Assembly (NCBI GenBank): GCA_964016885.1
Contig: OZ024740.1
Coordinates: 205,654,001-205,718,000 of the forward strand
Reading direction: 5' to 3'
DNA: 64,000 bases
Source of the DNA: Eledone cirrhosa
Taxonomy: Eukaryota
Under the pieces are notes generated by a model. The model searched no databases and had not been told where the DNA came from. It was given only the letters and a program-made list of their open reading frames with translations. The translations under genes and the position numbers were made by a program. Below are positions 1-12,981 of this stretch, in pieces; within the stretch, counting starts at the first letter, position 1; every line of letters starts with the position of its first letter.

Positions 1-693
1 ATTGTCGATTACTCCCCCTTGCATTTACTGAGGTCAAGTGTGTGACATTGGTTACAATCTTAAAAATTCATAGCGAAAGGCTCTCAAATGTTTTTCGTAA
101 ACATCCCGTATATTATTCAATATACAATACGTACATTTATTATATCCCCTCCTCTCTCTCTCTCTCTCTCTCTCTCTGTATATATATATATAAGTTTAGT
201 AATCTAGGCTATCTTTCTGCTCCCCCGTTCTCTCTGTTTCTCTCACCTTCTTTCGCCCCCTCTGTCAGTTACACTTTCTCTCGACTGACCTCTTCCTCGC
301 ACTTCCACTCACTCACTCTCTGTTTCTCCCCTTCTCACTTCCTCCCGTTCGTTAGTAGTGGGATTCTTTCTTTCTCACATCTCATTCACGTCGAACGGTC
401 TGTTTTCTGACCGCTCATGAAATTCACCCAGCTGATCGGATAACCATCATGTTGCTTGCTTTTTTCCTACCTTCGGTTTGCTTTTCCTTCTTGTTGTTTA
501 CTTGTCTCACTCGCTTTACGCGATTCACTTGTCCCAATAGCTTATTTTAGTTATTGCTCGCACCAACCTGAGGTATATGATTTTTAATGCGATGAAATAC
601 CAATGATGGTTGGCAAATCACTGATGAGGGACTAATTTTATAATATGTAACCCATGTGCAACCATGCAGTTTTCCTCTTTCTTCCCATGTTTA

Positions 694-751
<58 letters not shown>

Positions 752-850
752 CATGTTTAAATGAGTTGATAATACAACCATATAAAGGCAAAGAACATTT
801 TAAAGCTAAATGTGATTTTATAGTCCATATATACATATATATATATATAT

Positions 851-1076
851 CTTAAGGTTTGTTGGTTCACCACTGGATAGAACTGGTCATTCCGTATGGT
901 CAATCCTGGTGTAATATTGTGAAGAGTACTCAACGCAGTGCAGTTCACCCATCTTCGTTTGTGTAGTTGGTGGTGCGAATACGGAGTTAATTATAAATGA
1001 AGTAACAGGAGGCTGAAATGATCATAGTATAATAAACCTTTCAAGGATTTACACCAGTCCAGCCTCCTGTTACTTC

Positions 1077-1083
<7 letters not shown>
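851..1083. mobile_element. ~230-bp module between two (TA)n tracts ending in a 24-bp perfect inverted repeat
   Basis: TATAAATGAAGTAACAGGAGGCTG (992-1015) is the exact reverse complement of 1060-1083, which runs into (TA)n; left side also bounded by (TA)n. Confidence 0.5.
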
Positions 1084-1120
<37 letters not shown>

Positions 1121-1289
1121 AACAAGATTAACAAGGATTTAATTAAATCATTCTTCTTTCTTTAAAGTATGGAGTACTAATAATGGTCTTAGTCGTTAAT
1201 TAGTAAGATCTTATTCGTTTGTGTCTTTATAAGCAAAGGGTGTTTTATGTTTGTTGAATCAGGTTATAGGGCACACATGATTAACACTC

Positions 1290-1590
1290 CCCATTAACTC
1301 CGGTCCCGGGAGGTGTGGTCGTTGTTGAACCTACGACAGTGGGACTTCCGTTGATTCTGACAGCGAGTGAACTAATTCTTTGATCAACACAGAACAGCCT
1401 GTTCTTGAAATTAACGTAGAAGTGACTGAAAATTTAACAGACACGTGTACTCTTATTGTAATTCTCAGGGAGATTTAACGTGAAACATTTTGTCAACTGA
1501 ATGGACTGGGGTAATGTGAAATATAGAACATAATGTGCAATTCGGAATCGAACTCATGAATTTTTCAATCGCGAGTCGATTAACCACGGA
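1290..1590 (-). mobile_element. degenerate tRNA-derived SINE
   Basis: GGAATCGAACTC (~1544-1555) is a B-box on the minus strand; body resembles SINE at 13620-13880 and head at 61200-61300. Confidence 0.5.
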
Positions 1591-1617
1591 TTCTGCTTGT
1601 CTCCCGCCTTAACATAA

Positions 1618-1729
<112 letters not shown>

Positions 1730-2929
1730 CCGTGTAGTGTAAAAATAAGCTATAGGAAAATAAAAATAAATTCTTATCATGAAAGTGTTATAATTTAAAA
1801 CATTGTAGAATATGAAACATATGTCCGAAAAGCCGCTCAGTGCAGATGAGGGATTGTAAATGTTGAGGTAATAAATGAGGAATGAGAGAAGTAAGGATGA
1901 GTGCCAAGAATGGGAGAAGAGGAAGAAAAACAAGAATAAGAAATTGTGTTTTCTTGGTAATATTTGTTACTCCCAATATATTTCGGATACATTAGCAAGG
2001 GATCTCTTGGGAACCTCGGAGAATATCGGAGAGGACCTTTCTAGATCTGTGTGTGGTTTGTCTTTCCAACATACATAGATACCAAAGAGTATTAAAATTG
2101 TTATATAGTGAGTTGAATAACTTCGATTAACTGATTCCCTTTCAATTTACAAGACAAAACTCTCTTTAGGGGCGTCTAAAATCTCAACGCATCAAGCAAC
2201 GGAGATAACTCCACCAAATTCAAGAAATCCAAATTTTGGAAAATGACAACATTGTTGTTAGTAGTGAATTTTGCTTTTAAAGTCACTGGTGAAAACAATG
2301 GACATATTTCGATCTCAGTAGAGATGGTGATGATCGAATAAGTCATTCCCATATTTTAAATACTATATTGGTGTAATATGATAGATTTGGCACCTATATC
2401 AGGTCGAGAGACAATGAAAAGCTCTGATGTTGGTTCAACAAGACTCAAGTTGAAGTGTTTCTGGTTTTCTTGTAAAACGTAGACCCAGAGAACACCCTGG
2501 TAGGTTTTCGAATCTAACATCATTGTGAAGGCGCGTGGCCTAGTAATTACATAATTGGCTTTACATTGCTAGGAATGAGCCCCTAAAATATATAAAAGAA
2601 AACACCCGAGAAAAGGCCTATGAGTTGCAAGCTGGTAGGAGGCCAGCTAAATTTGCATGGGTGTAAGCTGTCAATTTAATTTCCTGTATACTGAAACCAC
2701 AGTGTCTCCATTTCTCTTTTTCTCTGAGTTTCTGTCGCATTATCTTTCATGTTTACAATAATCTCACTTTGTCCGCTCTCTAGGGCGAAGAAAGGGAAAT
2801 AACTATAAGACAAAATCGTCAGATTTCTTTTTTCTTTTTTTGAAATACAAAGATTTAACAAAATTGAATTCAAAAACATTGCCGCTTTATATATCAAAAT
2901 ATATGATACAAACACCTATGTGAGAATTT

Positions 2930-3091
2930 GTTTATATCCAGTTTATATCCAGTTTATATAACCAGTTTATATAACTAGTTTATATCCAGTTTATATAACC
3001 AGTTTATATCCAGTTTATATAACTAGTTTATATAACCAGTTTATATCCAGTTTATATAACCAGTTTATATATCCAGTTTATATAACCAGTT
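2930..3091. repeat. minisatellite, 11-13 bp unit GTTTATAT(A/AA)CCA, ~13 copies
   Basis: direct reading of tandem units. Confidence 0.9.
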
Positions 3092-3510
3092 TGGTTTGTT
3101 ATTGACAGTTATTGACAGTTATATTTAAGTCTGCGACATTATTTAACGACATGAGAGGTTCTTTCTTAAAAAAATATAAATATTTATGCTGCAACACTAC
3201 ATTAGACATGTCAACTCTCTTTGGGGTGGGTGAGAGACGTCTTCTCTAGTGAAAATGAGTATAGCTTTCATTATGTAAAATCTCCCTATTTTGCCTCATT
3301 TCTGCCCGTTTTGGGGCACTTTTTTCATGGTACTTTCCATTTGGGTTTTTAGAGGTTGGCAGATCTGTAACTTATATTTATTATTTAACGAATTACGTTG
3401 TTAAACTTCATGCAACTTAGACAGATCACTTCAGGTATACTCTACAACCTGCTTGATATATATAGCGTGGCTATAGTAAGATGTCTATGTAGATGAAATC
3501 ATAAAGGTAG

Positions 3511-3560
3511 TTATTTTCTGATGAGGAAACGAATTCCGAAATGCAAATGCATAAATGTAA
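3511..3560 (+). ncRNA. type I hammerhead ribozyme motif
   Basis: CTGATGA-GGAA(acgaa)TTCC-GAAA-TGCA(aa)TGCA-TA; stem I TTATTTT/AATGTAA with one mismatch and a G.U pair. Confidence 0.7.
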
Positions 3561-3894
3561 TGTTATGATTTTTTGTGTACAGGGGTTGAAAGTGTTTACA
3601 TTTCATTTTCCCCACGGTTTTAGCATAAATATAATATTTATTAATGAATATATACATATAAATACATATAATGAACGAAGTAACGGGAAATCAAAAACAA
3701 GCCGGAAGATGGTCCAAATTGGGAATATTAGTTTCACTCTAGAGAAATGTGAAAAATGGAAGCTGTGGGCTACATTTTTATTGAGAAGGGTAGGGAATAA
3801 GGAAGACAAAATGCAGAAAGGTACGAAAAAAAAAATGAAAATAAACAGCGGTAAAAACTCGTTTGGGTTTGTTTTTTATAAACCCCCCCCCCCA

Positions 3895-4065
3895 CATACA
3901 TAAATACATAAATACATACATATATACATACATATATGCATATATACATACATACATATATATGCATACATACATACATATATGCATACATACATACATA
4001 TATAAATACATACATATATGCATACATAAATACATACATAAATACATAAATACATACATACATAT
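3895..4065. repeat. (TACA)n-type degenerate microsatellite
   Basis: direct reading. Confidence 0.9.
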
Positions 4066-4068
4066 ATT

Positions 4069-4550
4069 GAGATGGCACTAAGGAATAGTGGTGGAACCTG
4101 AAAATAAAAACTGCCACCAAATTAAAGCATAACCGGCCTGATATTGTTGTTTGGGACCACACATTGAAAACGTGTTCTGTTGTGGAGATCAGCTGCCCAC
4201 TTGATGTAAACGTTGTCAGAAAAATACAGGAGGAGGACATCTATGGACCATTGATGAGGAGTTTACAAATCCAGTATCCAAGATACACCTTTAGCTTTAT
4301 ACCCATCATTATTAGAGTTACGGGTTATATACCAACCCGCTTGGACCAAAGTATGACTGAACTTGGATTTGCGGACAAAGAGCGCAGCTCCCTAATTCAT
4401 AGTCTACAAATGGCTGCGATAGCTGGCACCTTCAAAATTTGCAAAACATTCTTGCGATTCAAGGGATGACAATTTCTTTTCTTTTACAACCTTGCCACCA
4501 GGAAGGTGGCCGGTCAAAAAAAATATACTCGAAATTAAGTGAAAGAGATA
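4069..4550 (+). mobile_element. 3' fragment of R4/Dong-like non-LTR retrotransposon (restriction-like endonuclease domain)
   Basis: WWN..IKTATKLKHNRPDIVVWD...VVEISCP (PD..D/E motif) continuing into ORF 4164-4469; 3' UTR similar to 25990-26060. Confidence 0.85.
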
Positions 4551-4556
4551 TACATG

Positions 4557-6040
4557 ATGGCTGCAAACTCTGCCAAGGGTATTGCAATCGCTTGTCAGAT
4601 TCAGATGTGTGACGCTCGGATATGGCTTTTCAAGCCTGCTAGAGACTTGCACTCCTTCACACACTGACGACAACTATGGATCTCCCTGGCTTGAGGTCCT
4701 GCATCAGGTTGCCCATGAACCCTCACAACACCGTGCAGATCATAGTTCACTGGTTCTCTTTGAACATGGCTGCGACTGTGGCTCCTGAAACCAGATTTGC
4801 TTAAGCAAATTTTTCCACACTCGGGGCACTTCAATTCAATGGATCGTTTCGAGAGATACACCAGAGCATTGCTTACGCACATCTCGTTTGATCTTCTCGT
4901 GCTCTATGCGTCTGTCCTCAAAATTATGGACCCCATCATTAACCATTCCACGCCAAGTTTCTCTTTCAAGCGCTTCTATCTCCCAGTCAGCCATCATCAA
5001 ACCAGTTTTTTTTCAATGAGTCCTTTACACAATCCTTGAATCGAAGCCTTGGCTTGTGAGGTGGTCTGTTACCTACAAAAAGCTCGCCATACAAGAGTTG
5101 CTTTGGGATTCGATCATCCTCCATTCTGCAGAGGTGTCCGGTCCATCGCAAACGTCGTTAGTGGATGATACTCTCAATGCTCCAACACTCACTTCTTTCA
5201 AGGACCTCAACATCACTCACATGCATCTGCCACTTGATACCAAGCATCTCTCTGAGACACTGCTGGTGAAACCGTTCCAGTCTGTGGATATGCCGTTTGT
5301 AGGCGACCCATGTCTCACATGCATACAGAAAATCTGACAGTACACATGCAGAATACACTCTCATCTTGGTCCTCATTGTCATTCCTCGCCTGCACCAAAG
5401 ACGGTCGTTGTGCCTTCCAAATGACTCACTTGCCTTACTAACACGTAGACCAACTTCTGCATCCAGAGAGCAGGCCACACTCAGAGTACTCCCCAAATAC
5501 ACAAATGTGTCAGCAGCCTTCAGCTTTTGACCGTATACGTATATGGAGGGTTCATTGAAAACTTTATCCGGAGCAGGTTGGTACATGACGACAATCTTCT
5601 TCAGACTGATTGTCAGTCCTAAAGCACTGCACGCATTGGAAAAAGAATCCATAAGGTGTTGCATGTCACTCTGGGAGTGTGAAAAGAGATCACAATCACC
5701 TGCATATAAAAATTCTCTGATCAAGGTACCCAGTATCTTAGTGTTGGAAGTGAGACGCCTAAGGTTAAACAGCTTGCCGGAAGTGCGATATCTGAGATAA
5801 ATATCGTGTTGACAATACCTTGAAGGCCACGAAGAACACCATTGCGAAATACAAGGCAAACAAAGTTAGTGCAGGTATATCACCCTGCTTGACACCGTTT
5901 TCAACCGAGATTGTCTCAGACAGATTACCTCCAACATTCATCCATGCCTGCATGTCATCGTGGAAGAGTTTCAGAATGTTCACAAACCTTTCAGGACAGT
6001 CCAATCTCTCCAACATAACCCACAAAGCCTTCCGATTAAC
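4557..6040 (-). mobile_element. RTE-clade LINE, 5'-truncated, frameshifted RT with C-terminal C2H2 fingers
   Basis: GVKQGDIPALTLF, LYAGDCDL (YADD), FVYLGS, LYACETW; CPECGKICLSKSGFRSHSRSH and CRQCVKECKSLAGLKSHIRASH. Confidence 0.9.
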
Positions 6041-6102
6041 ATACATACATACATACATACATACATACATACATACATACATACATACATACATACATAC
6101 AT
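6041..6102. repeat. (TACA)n, probable 3' tail of the adjacent RTE copy
   Basis: abuts the 3' end of the minus-strand RTE fragment at 6103. Confidence 0.8.
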
Positions 6103-6780
6103 GATGACTGCTTCATCTTTCCAAATGATTTCCGTCTCCCTGTGAACCCTTAATACCATCATCACCACCAACCATCCGTTTGCGAACTCTTAGATGCATT
6201 TCCAGTCCAGCTGCGGACTTGCATCATTGAAAGACAAAATATGTGCCCTTCACTGGATTGATTGGGTTAGTTTGTGGGATGTCAGCTTTATGTACTCTCA
6301 TATGACTTTTGAGACCAGCAATTGATTTGCAGACTTTTGTGCACATCATACAGGTTGTCTCACCTGGTCTTGGAGGAAGAGTGTTGCGAGCAATTGGGCT
6401 TTATTGTGATTTTAAATGTGATATACCGAAATTTAGAAAGCAGTATACAACCATATACTTCACATCTCCAGCTCCCCATGTTTTCACCGAGGTTCTTATT
6501 GTTGCCTATACGAAGCTGACGCTTAAGCCATTCTTGTTCAAGATGTTCCTCTTCAAACATTCTGTAGCCTTCCGTCACATGTCTCCTCCAGTCAGCTCTC
6601 TCTAAAGCCAGCACTTCTCAGCTTTGAACGCCAGCCTGGAGATATTTTGTATCTTTTACTTGGTTTTTGCCGATGGCGTTTCCCGGTGTATAACTGACTA
6701 TAAAATAGTTGCTATGGGAGTCTATCATCAGTCATACGTACAACATGGCCTGCTCAAAACATCTGAGAGGATAGATTCGA
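6103..6780 (-). mobile_element. RTE-clade LINE 3' fragment (related subfamily) with zinc-finger remnants
   Basis: minus strand GHVVRMTDDRLP.QLFYSQL..GKR; LALERADWRRHVTEG; C..C..H..H remnants. Confidence 0.8.
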
Positions 6781-6997
6781 TGCTTGTATGTATGTATGTA
6801 TGTATTTGTATGTGGCGGTGTTGACCAATGAAAACAAAAGGCGAAGTTTAGTCGTTAATTAGTTCAGTGTCTTACGATCGTTTCAGAAGGTTGATTTATC
6901 ATAACTCGATATAGTGACTAATCGATAGTAGTTATGTAACTCCATATTGTTAGTCTCAATACTATAGATCCATTACACCGTCTTCGTCTCTCACTTT

Positions 6998-7487
<490 letters not shown>

Positions 7488-7547
7488 GAGAGAGTGTGTG
7501 TGTGTCTGTGCGTGTGTGTGTGTATGCATATATATATATATATATAT

Positions 7548-8676
7548 ATATAAAGATTTACATACACACAAACTAGACAAAGTCATAGATATAGATATAT
7601 ATGTTTTTGGCAACCATTCACGATGTGGCTCAATGATGAATTAATTAATCAAATAATCAGAGCAATATACTATAAAGTATGTCCATAGAATCCTGGTATG
7701 TTTATATACATTTTTTTCTTCTAACTTTAATTTTATACCTAATTGTGTATGGTTGACGATATATTTAATCGATTTCCACGTGCTATTGAAATGCTGGGTA
7801 AATATTCTATAGCTGTTGATCGCGAATAGATGGCTATAGTTTATTTATCTATTATTTCTTCATAGGTGCCTTTTAATCTTATAGCTTGGTTTAATTGTTT
7901 TTTTTTTGTGTGGTTGATTATGCTGATTGGGAGAGGAAATGGTGTATATATCTTATCAAATGATTCTATGGACATACTTTATAGTATATTGCTCTGATTA
8001 TTTGATTAATTAATTCATCATTGAGCCACATCGTGAATGGTTGCCAAAAACATATATATCTATATCTATGACTTTGTCTAGTTTGTGTGTATGTAAATCT
8101 TTATATTTGATAATCTCCCATAAGGTTGAGATGCAATTTAGGAAATATTAGGCTGCGCTTTCTAGCAACCAGCCCACTCGCCGTAAGGCACCAATCATAT
8201 TCTTTCTGACTTGACCACTGCCATGTCACAGTTCTTAGCCATTTTGAATTCGTTTCTGGCGGCGATCATTTAAGAAAAATCTTCGTCCAAGTGAGTTTGT
8301 TTCCTGATGATTTCGAAGCTCGAGAATTTATCCTTGATCGGATATTTCCAAAAGCGAATGAAACTCTAAGGGGTAGAAACGTAATCCTGGTATGTTTATA
8401 TACATTTTTTCTTCTAACTTTAATTTTATACCTAATTGTGTATGGTTGACGATATATTTAATCGATTTCCACGTGCTATTGAAATGGTGGGTAAATATTC
8501 TATAGCTGTTGATCGTGAATAGATGGCTATAGTTTATTTATCTATTATTTCTTCATAGGTGCCTTTTAATCTTATAGCTTGGTTTAATTGATTTTTTTTT
8601 GTGTGGTTGATTATGCTGATTGGGAGAGGAAATGGTGTATATATCTTATCAAATGATTCTATGGACATACTTTATA

Positions 8677-8682
<6 letters not shown>
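7548..8682 (+). mobile_element. non-coding Penelope-like structure: inverted arm + 694-bp unit + partial tandem repeat, inside (TA)n
   Basis: 7548-7692 is the reverse complement of 7962-8106; 7689-7989 is directly repeated at 8383-8682; both ends abut (TA)n. Confidence 0.7.
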
Positions 8683-8727
<45 letters not shown>

Positions 8728-8768
8728 CGAAACATAAGTCAATTCCTAGAACTCATAATCCTTTATTT

Positions 8769-8824
8769 ACTGCTACATATATTTCGATGATAGCCATTGA
8801 ATGGCTATGACCTCATCAGGCAGT
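8769..8824 (-). ncRNA. type I minimal hammerhead ribozyme
   Basis: minus strand ACTGC-CTGATGA-G(gtc)ATAGCCAT(tca)ATGGCTAT(cat)C-GAAA-TATATG-TA-GCAGT; 5-bp stem I; AATAAA follows. Confidence 0.85.
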
Positions 8825-8883
8825 TAGTCAGTTCTTAGATATGCCAGCTCTGTGTGTATAGTGTTGATGGTATCAGAGCCTTG

Positions 8884-8940
<57 letters not shown>

Positions 8941-8942
8941 TA

Positions 8943-9308
<366 letters not shown>

Positions 9309-9384
9309 ACGTTGACAACAATAATAAGGCAAATCACCAGACTATTAATTATAATAAGAATAAACAATTTAACTTAAACTCTAA

Positions 9385-10134
9385 ACAAACAAAAGAACTA
9401 GAACTAGAAATATTATTTGGTACTCACCCCCATTCCCATTAAGCGTTAAAACACCTTTAGCAAAGCTATTCTTTAAAGCACTAGACAAATGTTTTCCTAA
9501 AACCCACAGATACCACTCAATCTTTAACAGACATACTATAACACTATCCTACTCTACTACTATGAACATAGCACAAAATATAAATAGAATTAATAATAGA
9601 AACTTAAATTTAAACCCTAACCAAAATAACCATAATAGTAATAATAATAATATTTCTAGCAATATCCAGTATAATAGTACCATTCTGAGCAACAACAACT
9701 CCGTAAAATGTAACTGTAGAATCAAATCAAACTGTCCTTTACAAAATAAGTTAGATAAAAACATAGTTTATAAATGTACAGTTAAAACTAGTGATAATAT
9801 ATTCAACTATGTCGGTGACACTTCTACAGAATTTAAACTTCGCTTGAATAACCACAATTGTTCTTTTAGAAGATCTGACAAAAAATATTCTACTACCCTC
9901 TCACACCTTATATGGAATTTAAAAAGCAGGAATATAGATTATTTATTATCTTGGAAAACAATTTCAAAAGCACCTACTTACCGAAACACGACCTTATCAA
10001 GATTCTATAAATTATGTATTGAAGAAATTTTTTATATAATTAATTGTAAAAACTCTATTAATCTTAGAACAGAAATATTTATTTGTTGCAAACATCGCCA
10101 AAATTCTACATTCAGAACTATATGTAACTTATAA
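9385..10134 (+). pseudogene. Penelope-like element ORF C-terminus: thumb/linker + Cys-rich motif + GIY-YIG endonuclease (5'-truncated, no RT core)
   Basis: open frame from 9385: RNIIWYSPPF..LDKCFP.THRYHSIFNRHTITLSYS, CNCR..NCPL, IVYKC..NYVGDTSTEFKLRLNNH..SF, TTLSHLIW, KLCIEE, NLRTE..CCKH. Confidence 0.88.
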
Positions 10135-11422
10135 CATGCTTATAATATTCCTATTAATCTCCAAAATGATCTTATCTGCTCTAACATTTTATATTTTTAA
10201 TACTTTAATATATTAATATCTCTAAATCATAATATCTTAAAAATTTCTTATATTATATATATATACGTGTGTATGTATAGATATTTATATATATTTATGT
10301 ACTTCTACATTATGTACTTCTATATAATTCTAATTTTAATTTTAATTTTAATTCTTTTAAATTCTTTAATTCTTTTTTCTTAATTTTTTATTTTTCTAAT
10401 GACACCCTATAAAGCTAATTTTTAAATGTAGATTAATAACCATTAACTGTTTTTAGTAAAATATATCCTATTCAGGATGGTGTTTAATTATTCATATTTC
10501 TTTAGAATAAATAATTAATCCCACACTAGCGATTAATAAAATATTGGAGTTATCTTTCCTTCTTTCAATCATAAAAAACTTTTTATACATAACTCCATTA
10601 ATTTAACCTTATAAATTGTAACTATATTTACATAAAATCAACATCCCTAGTAACTTATATTAGAAAAAACACCTATTTATTTTATTTATTTATAAATCAA
10701 CATCCCTTGTAACTCATATTATAAACAAACTATCCTTTAAAAAAAAACACCTATGCTATTATTAAAATAGATATTTATATATTATTATAATAAGATAAAT
10801 AATTCTCCATATAAATATAGATAAATGTCTGAATATATTTTCCCTAAATTAACGTTCAAGTGGTCTTCCTTTTCCTTCTTCTTTAACAATTTTAGTTTGA
10901 TAATTTATATAGCTTCGTTAAATTAACAATATTCTGAGACCATTCTCAATGTTGAACATTTTTGAATCCACAAATTATTCTAATCTCACAACTTGAAAAT
11001 AAAAATTTTCAACATTCTTCGTAACTCATATTTGTTTATATAAACAATCAATGCATACGGAACTTATTAATATATATAGAGATATTTATATACATATAAC
11101 CTATCCTAATAAGATAAAAATACTTACAACCATAATTCTTCATATAATTTTATAACTCATAATATAGATAACAAAAATCTTTTCCCCCAAATTAACGTTA
11201 TTCTTTTCTCTTTCTCTTCCTTCCTTATCATAAATATTTAAATTTTCTATAGTGTCTAAAATAACGTTTTTTCAGCCCTTTAATATACACATCATTTGCA
11301 TACTCATATTAATCATTTTAAATATCTGACTTTTCTCCTCTCTTCCCTTCACTTTCCAGGGATAACTTGAACCGTTAAGGTATATCATCCTTGGTCATGT
11401 CAAATATATATAAAACATTTTG

Positions 11423-11484
11423 TATTTTATCTGATGATAGCGTACCAAAACTTTTGGTACCCTTGAAATATATATAATAGAATA
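11423..11484 (+). ncRNA. type I minimal hammerhead ribozyme (base of stem II mutated)
   Basis: TATTTTAT-CTGATGA-tagcGTACCAAAAcTTTTGGTACcctt-GAAA-TATATA-TA-ATAGAATA; 8-bp stem I. Confidence 0.8.
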
Positions 11485-11523
11485 AATATAGTTTTATAAA
11501 TATAGTTTCCATTTATTTAATAT

Positions 11524-11600
<77 letters not shown>

Positions 11601-11602
11601 TA

Positions 11603-11874
<272 letters not shown>

Positions 11875-12467
11875 GCTCTAGACTTAGCTATTGACCAGTT
11901 AATTTTATTGTTCATTTTTTGTCGATTCTATTAAATGATGAATAGCTCCTGTTTATTTTAACATGTCTATTGAGCACTCTTATTCGATATGTGTATTTCC
12001 ACATTTTCCCGAATATTTTTTGCGGATATAGAGGTTATCTCCCTTGCTGAATTCCATGTGCGTTTTTTCAGCTCGGGTTATGCCTTTCTATTCGTTCGGA
12101 CAAAAGCTCGTTGAGGAAGTAAATTCCGGTCCGCCGCTTTCTAGAAGTCTTATATATTTTTATGTGAGCTGATAGAGGGCGGTTTAAGGATTTACAGAAA
12201 CCCAAGAAGCTAGATTTACCATCTTTCTAGCGGGTCCGGGTATGCTTTTTACATTCATTTGATTTATTGATATTATATCTGAGTGTCCCGAATCTTCCAG
12301 ATCGTAATTTTTCGTTCGTATGGTTGATTTTAGACATGTTCTATGTGTGTCGGTATTTTAACGATAGTTATAGCTCTGATTTATCTGAATTATTGAGCCC
12401 TCTGCCGCTCATTTCGAATTTTGTTTATCGTGAACTCGTGCGCCGATTTTTCGATACTCGATTATTC

Positions 12468-12572
<105 letters not shown>

Positions 12573-12634
12573 AATAAAATAACAAGGACGATTGGTTACT
12601 CCTTCATTACGTTTATTGGTTGGTTCCATATCGC

Positions 12635-12920
12635 CCCAGTACTTATTTTATCGATCTCTATTTGTCGAACAGCTAATTTACAAGACGTATAGACACAGAC
12701 ACAGGCACAGGCAAACCATAAACACGAACACGTCACATGCCCATGCATACACACTCACATATGTCTATACGACAGGCTTCTGCAGTTTCTGCCTACCAAA
12801 TTTCACTCACGAGGCATTGGTAGAAGACACTTGCCCGAGGTGTCATCAAGCAGTGGAAACGAACACGAAACTATGTAGTTGAGAAACGAACTCTTTAACC
12901 TCACAGCTATGTCTGCACCT
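12635..12920 (-). mobile_element. tRNA-derived SINE
   Basis: GTACTTATTTTATCGA core, GACACTTGCCCGAGG and degenerate tRNA-like head on the minus strand. Confidence 0.6.
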
Positions 12921-12981
12921 TTGAGTTACAATTATTCATCTTCTTCGGTTTAAACTTCGTCATAAACATTGCCTCTAGGTA

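Larger units (their letters stand above)
9309..11528 (+). mobile_element. Penelope-like retroelement (truncated) with long AT-rich 3' region ending in hammerhead, AATAAA and (TA)n
   Basis: GIY-YIG ORF followed by ~1.3 kb AT-rich sequence and a hammerhead motif at 11423-11484. Confidence 0.7.

Noticed and set aside
563-640. Hammerhead-like fragments (CCAAC-CTGAGG...GAAA...GTTGG; CTGATGAG at 621)
   Set aside because: Core is incomplete or has no matching GAAA and stem II; at best a decayed relic.
1815-1830. GAAACATATGTC hammerhead 3' half
   Set aside because: No CTGANGA or stem I partner upstream.
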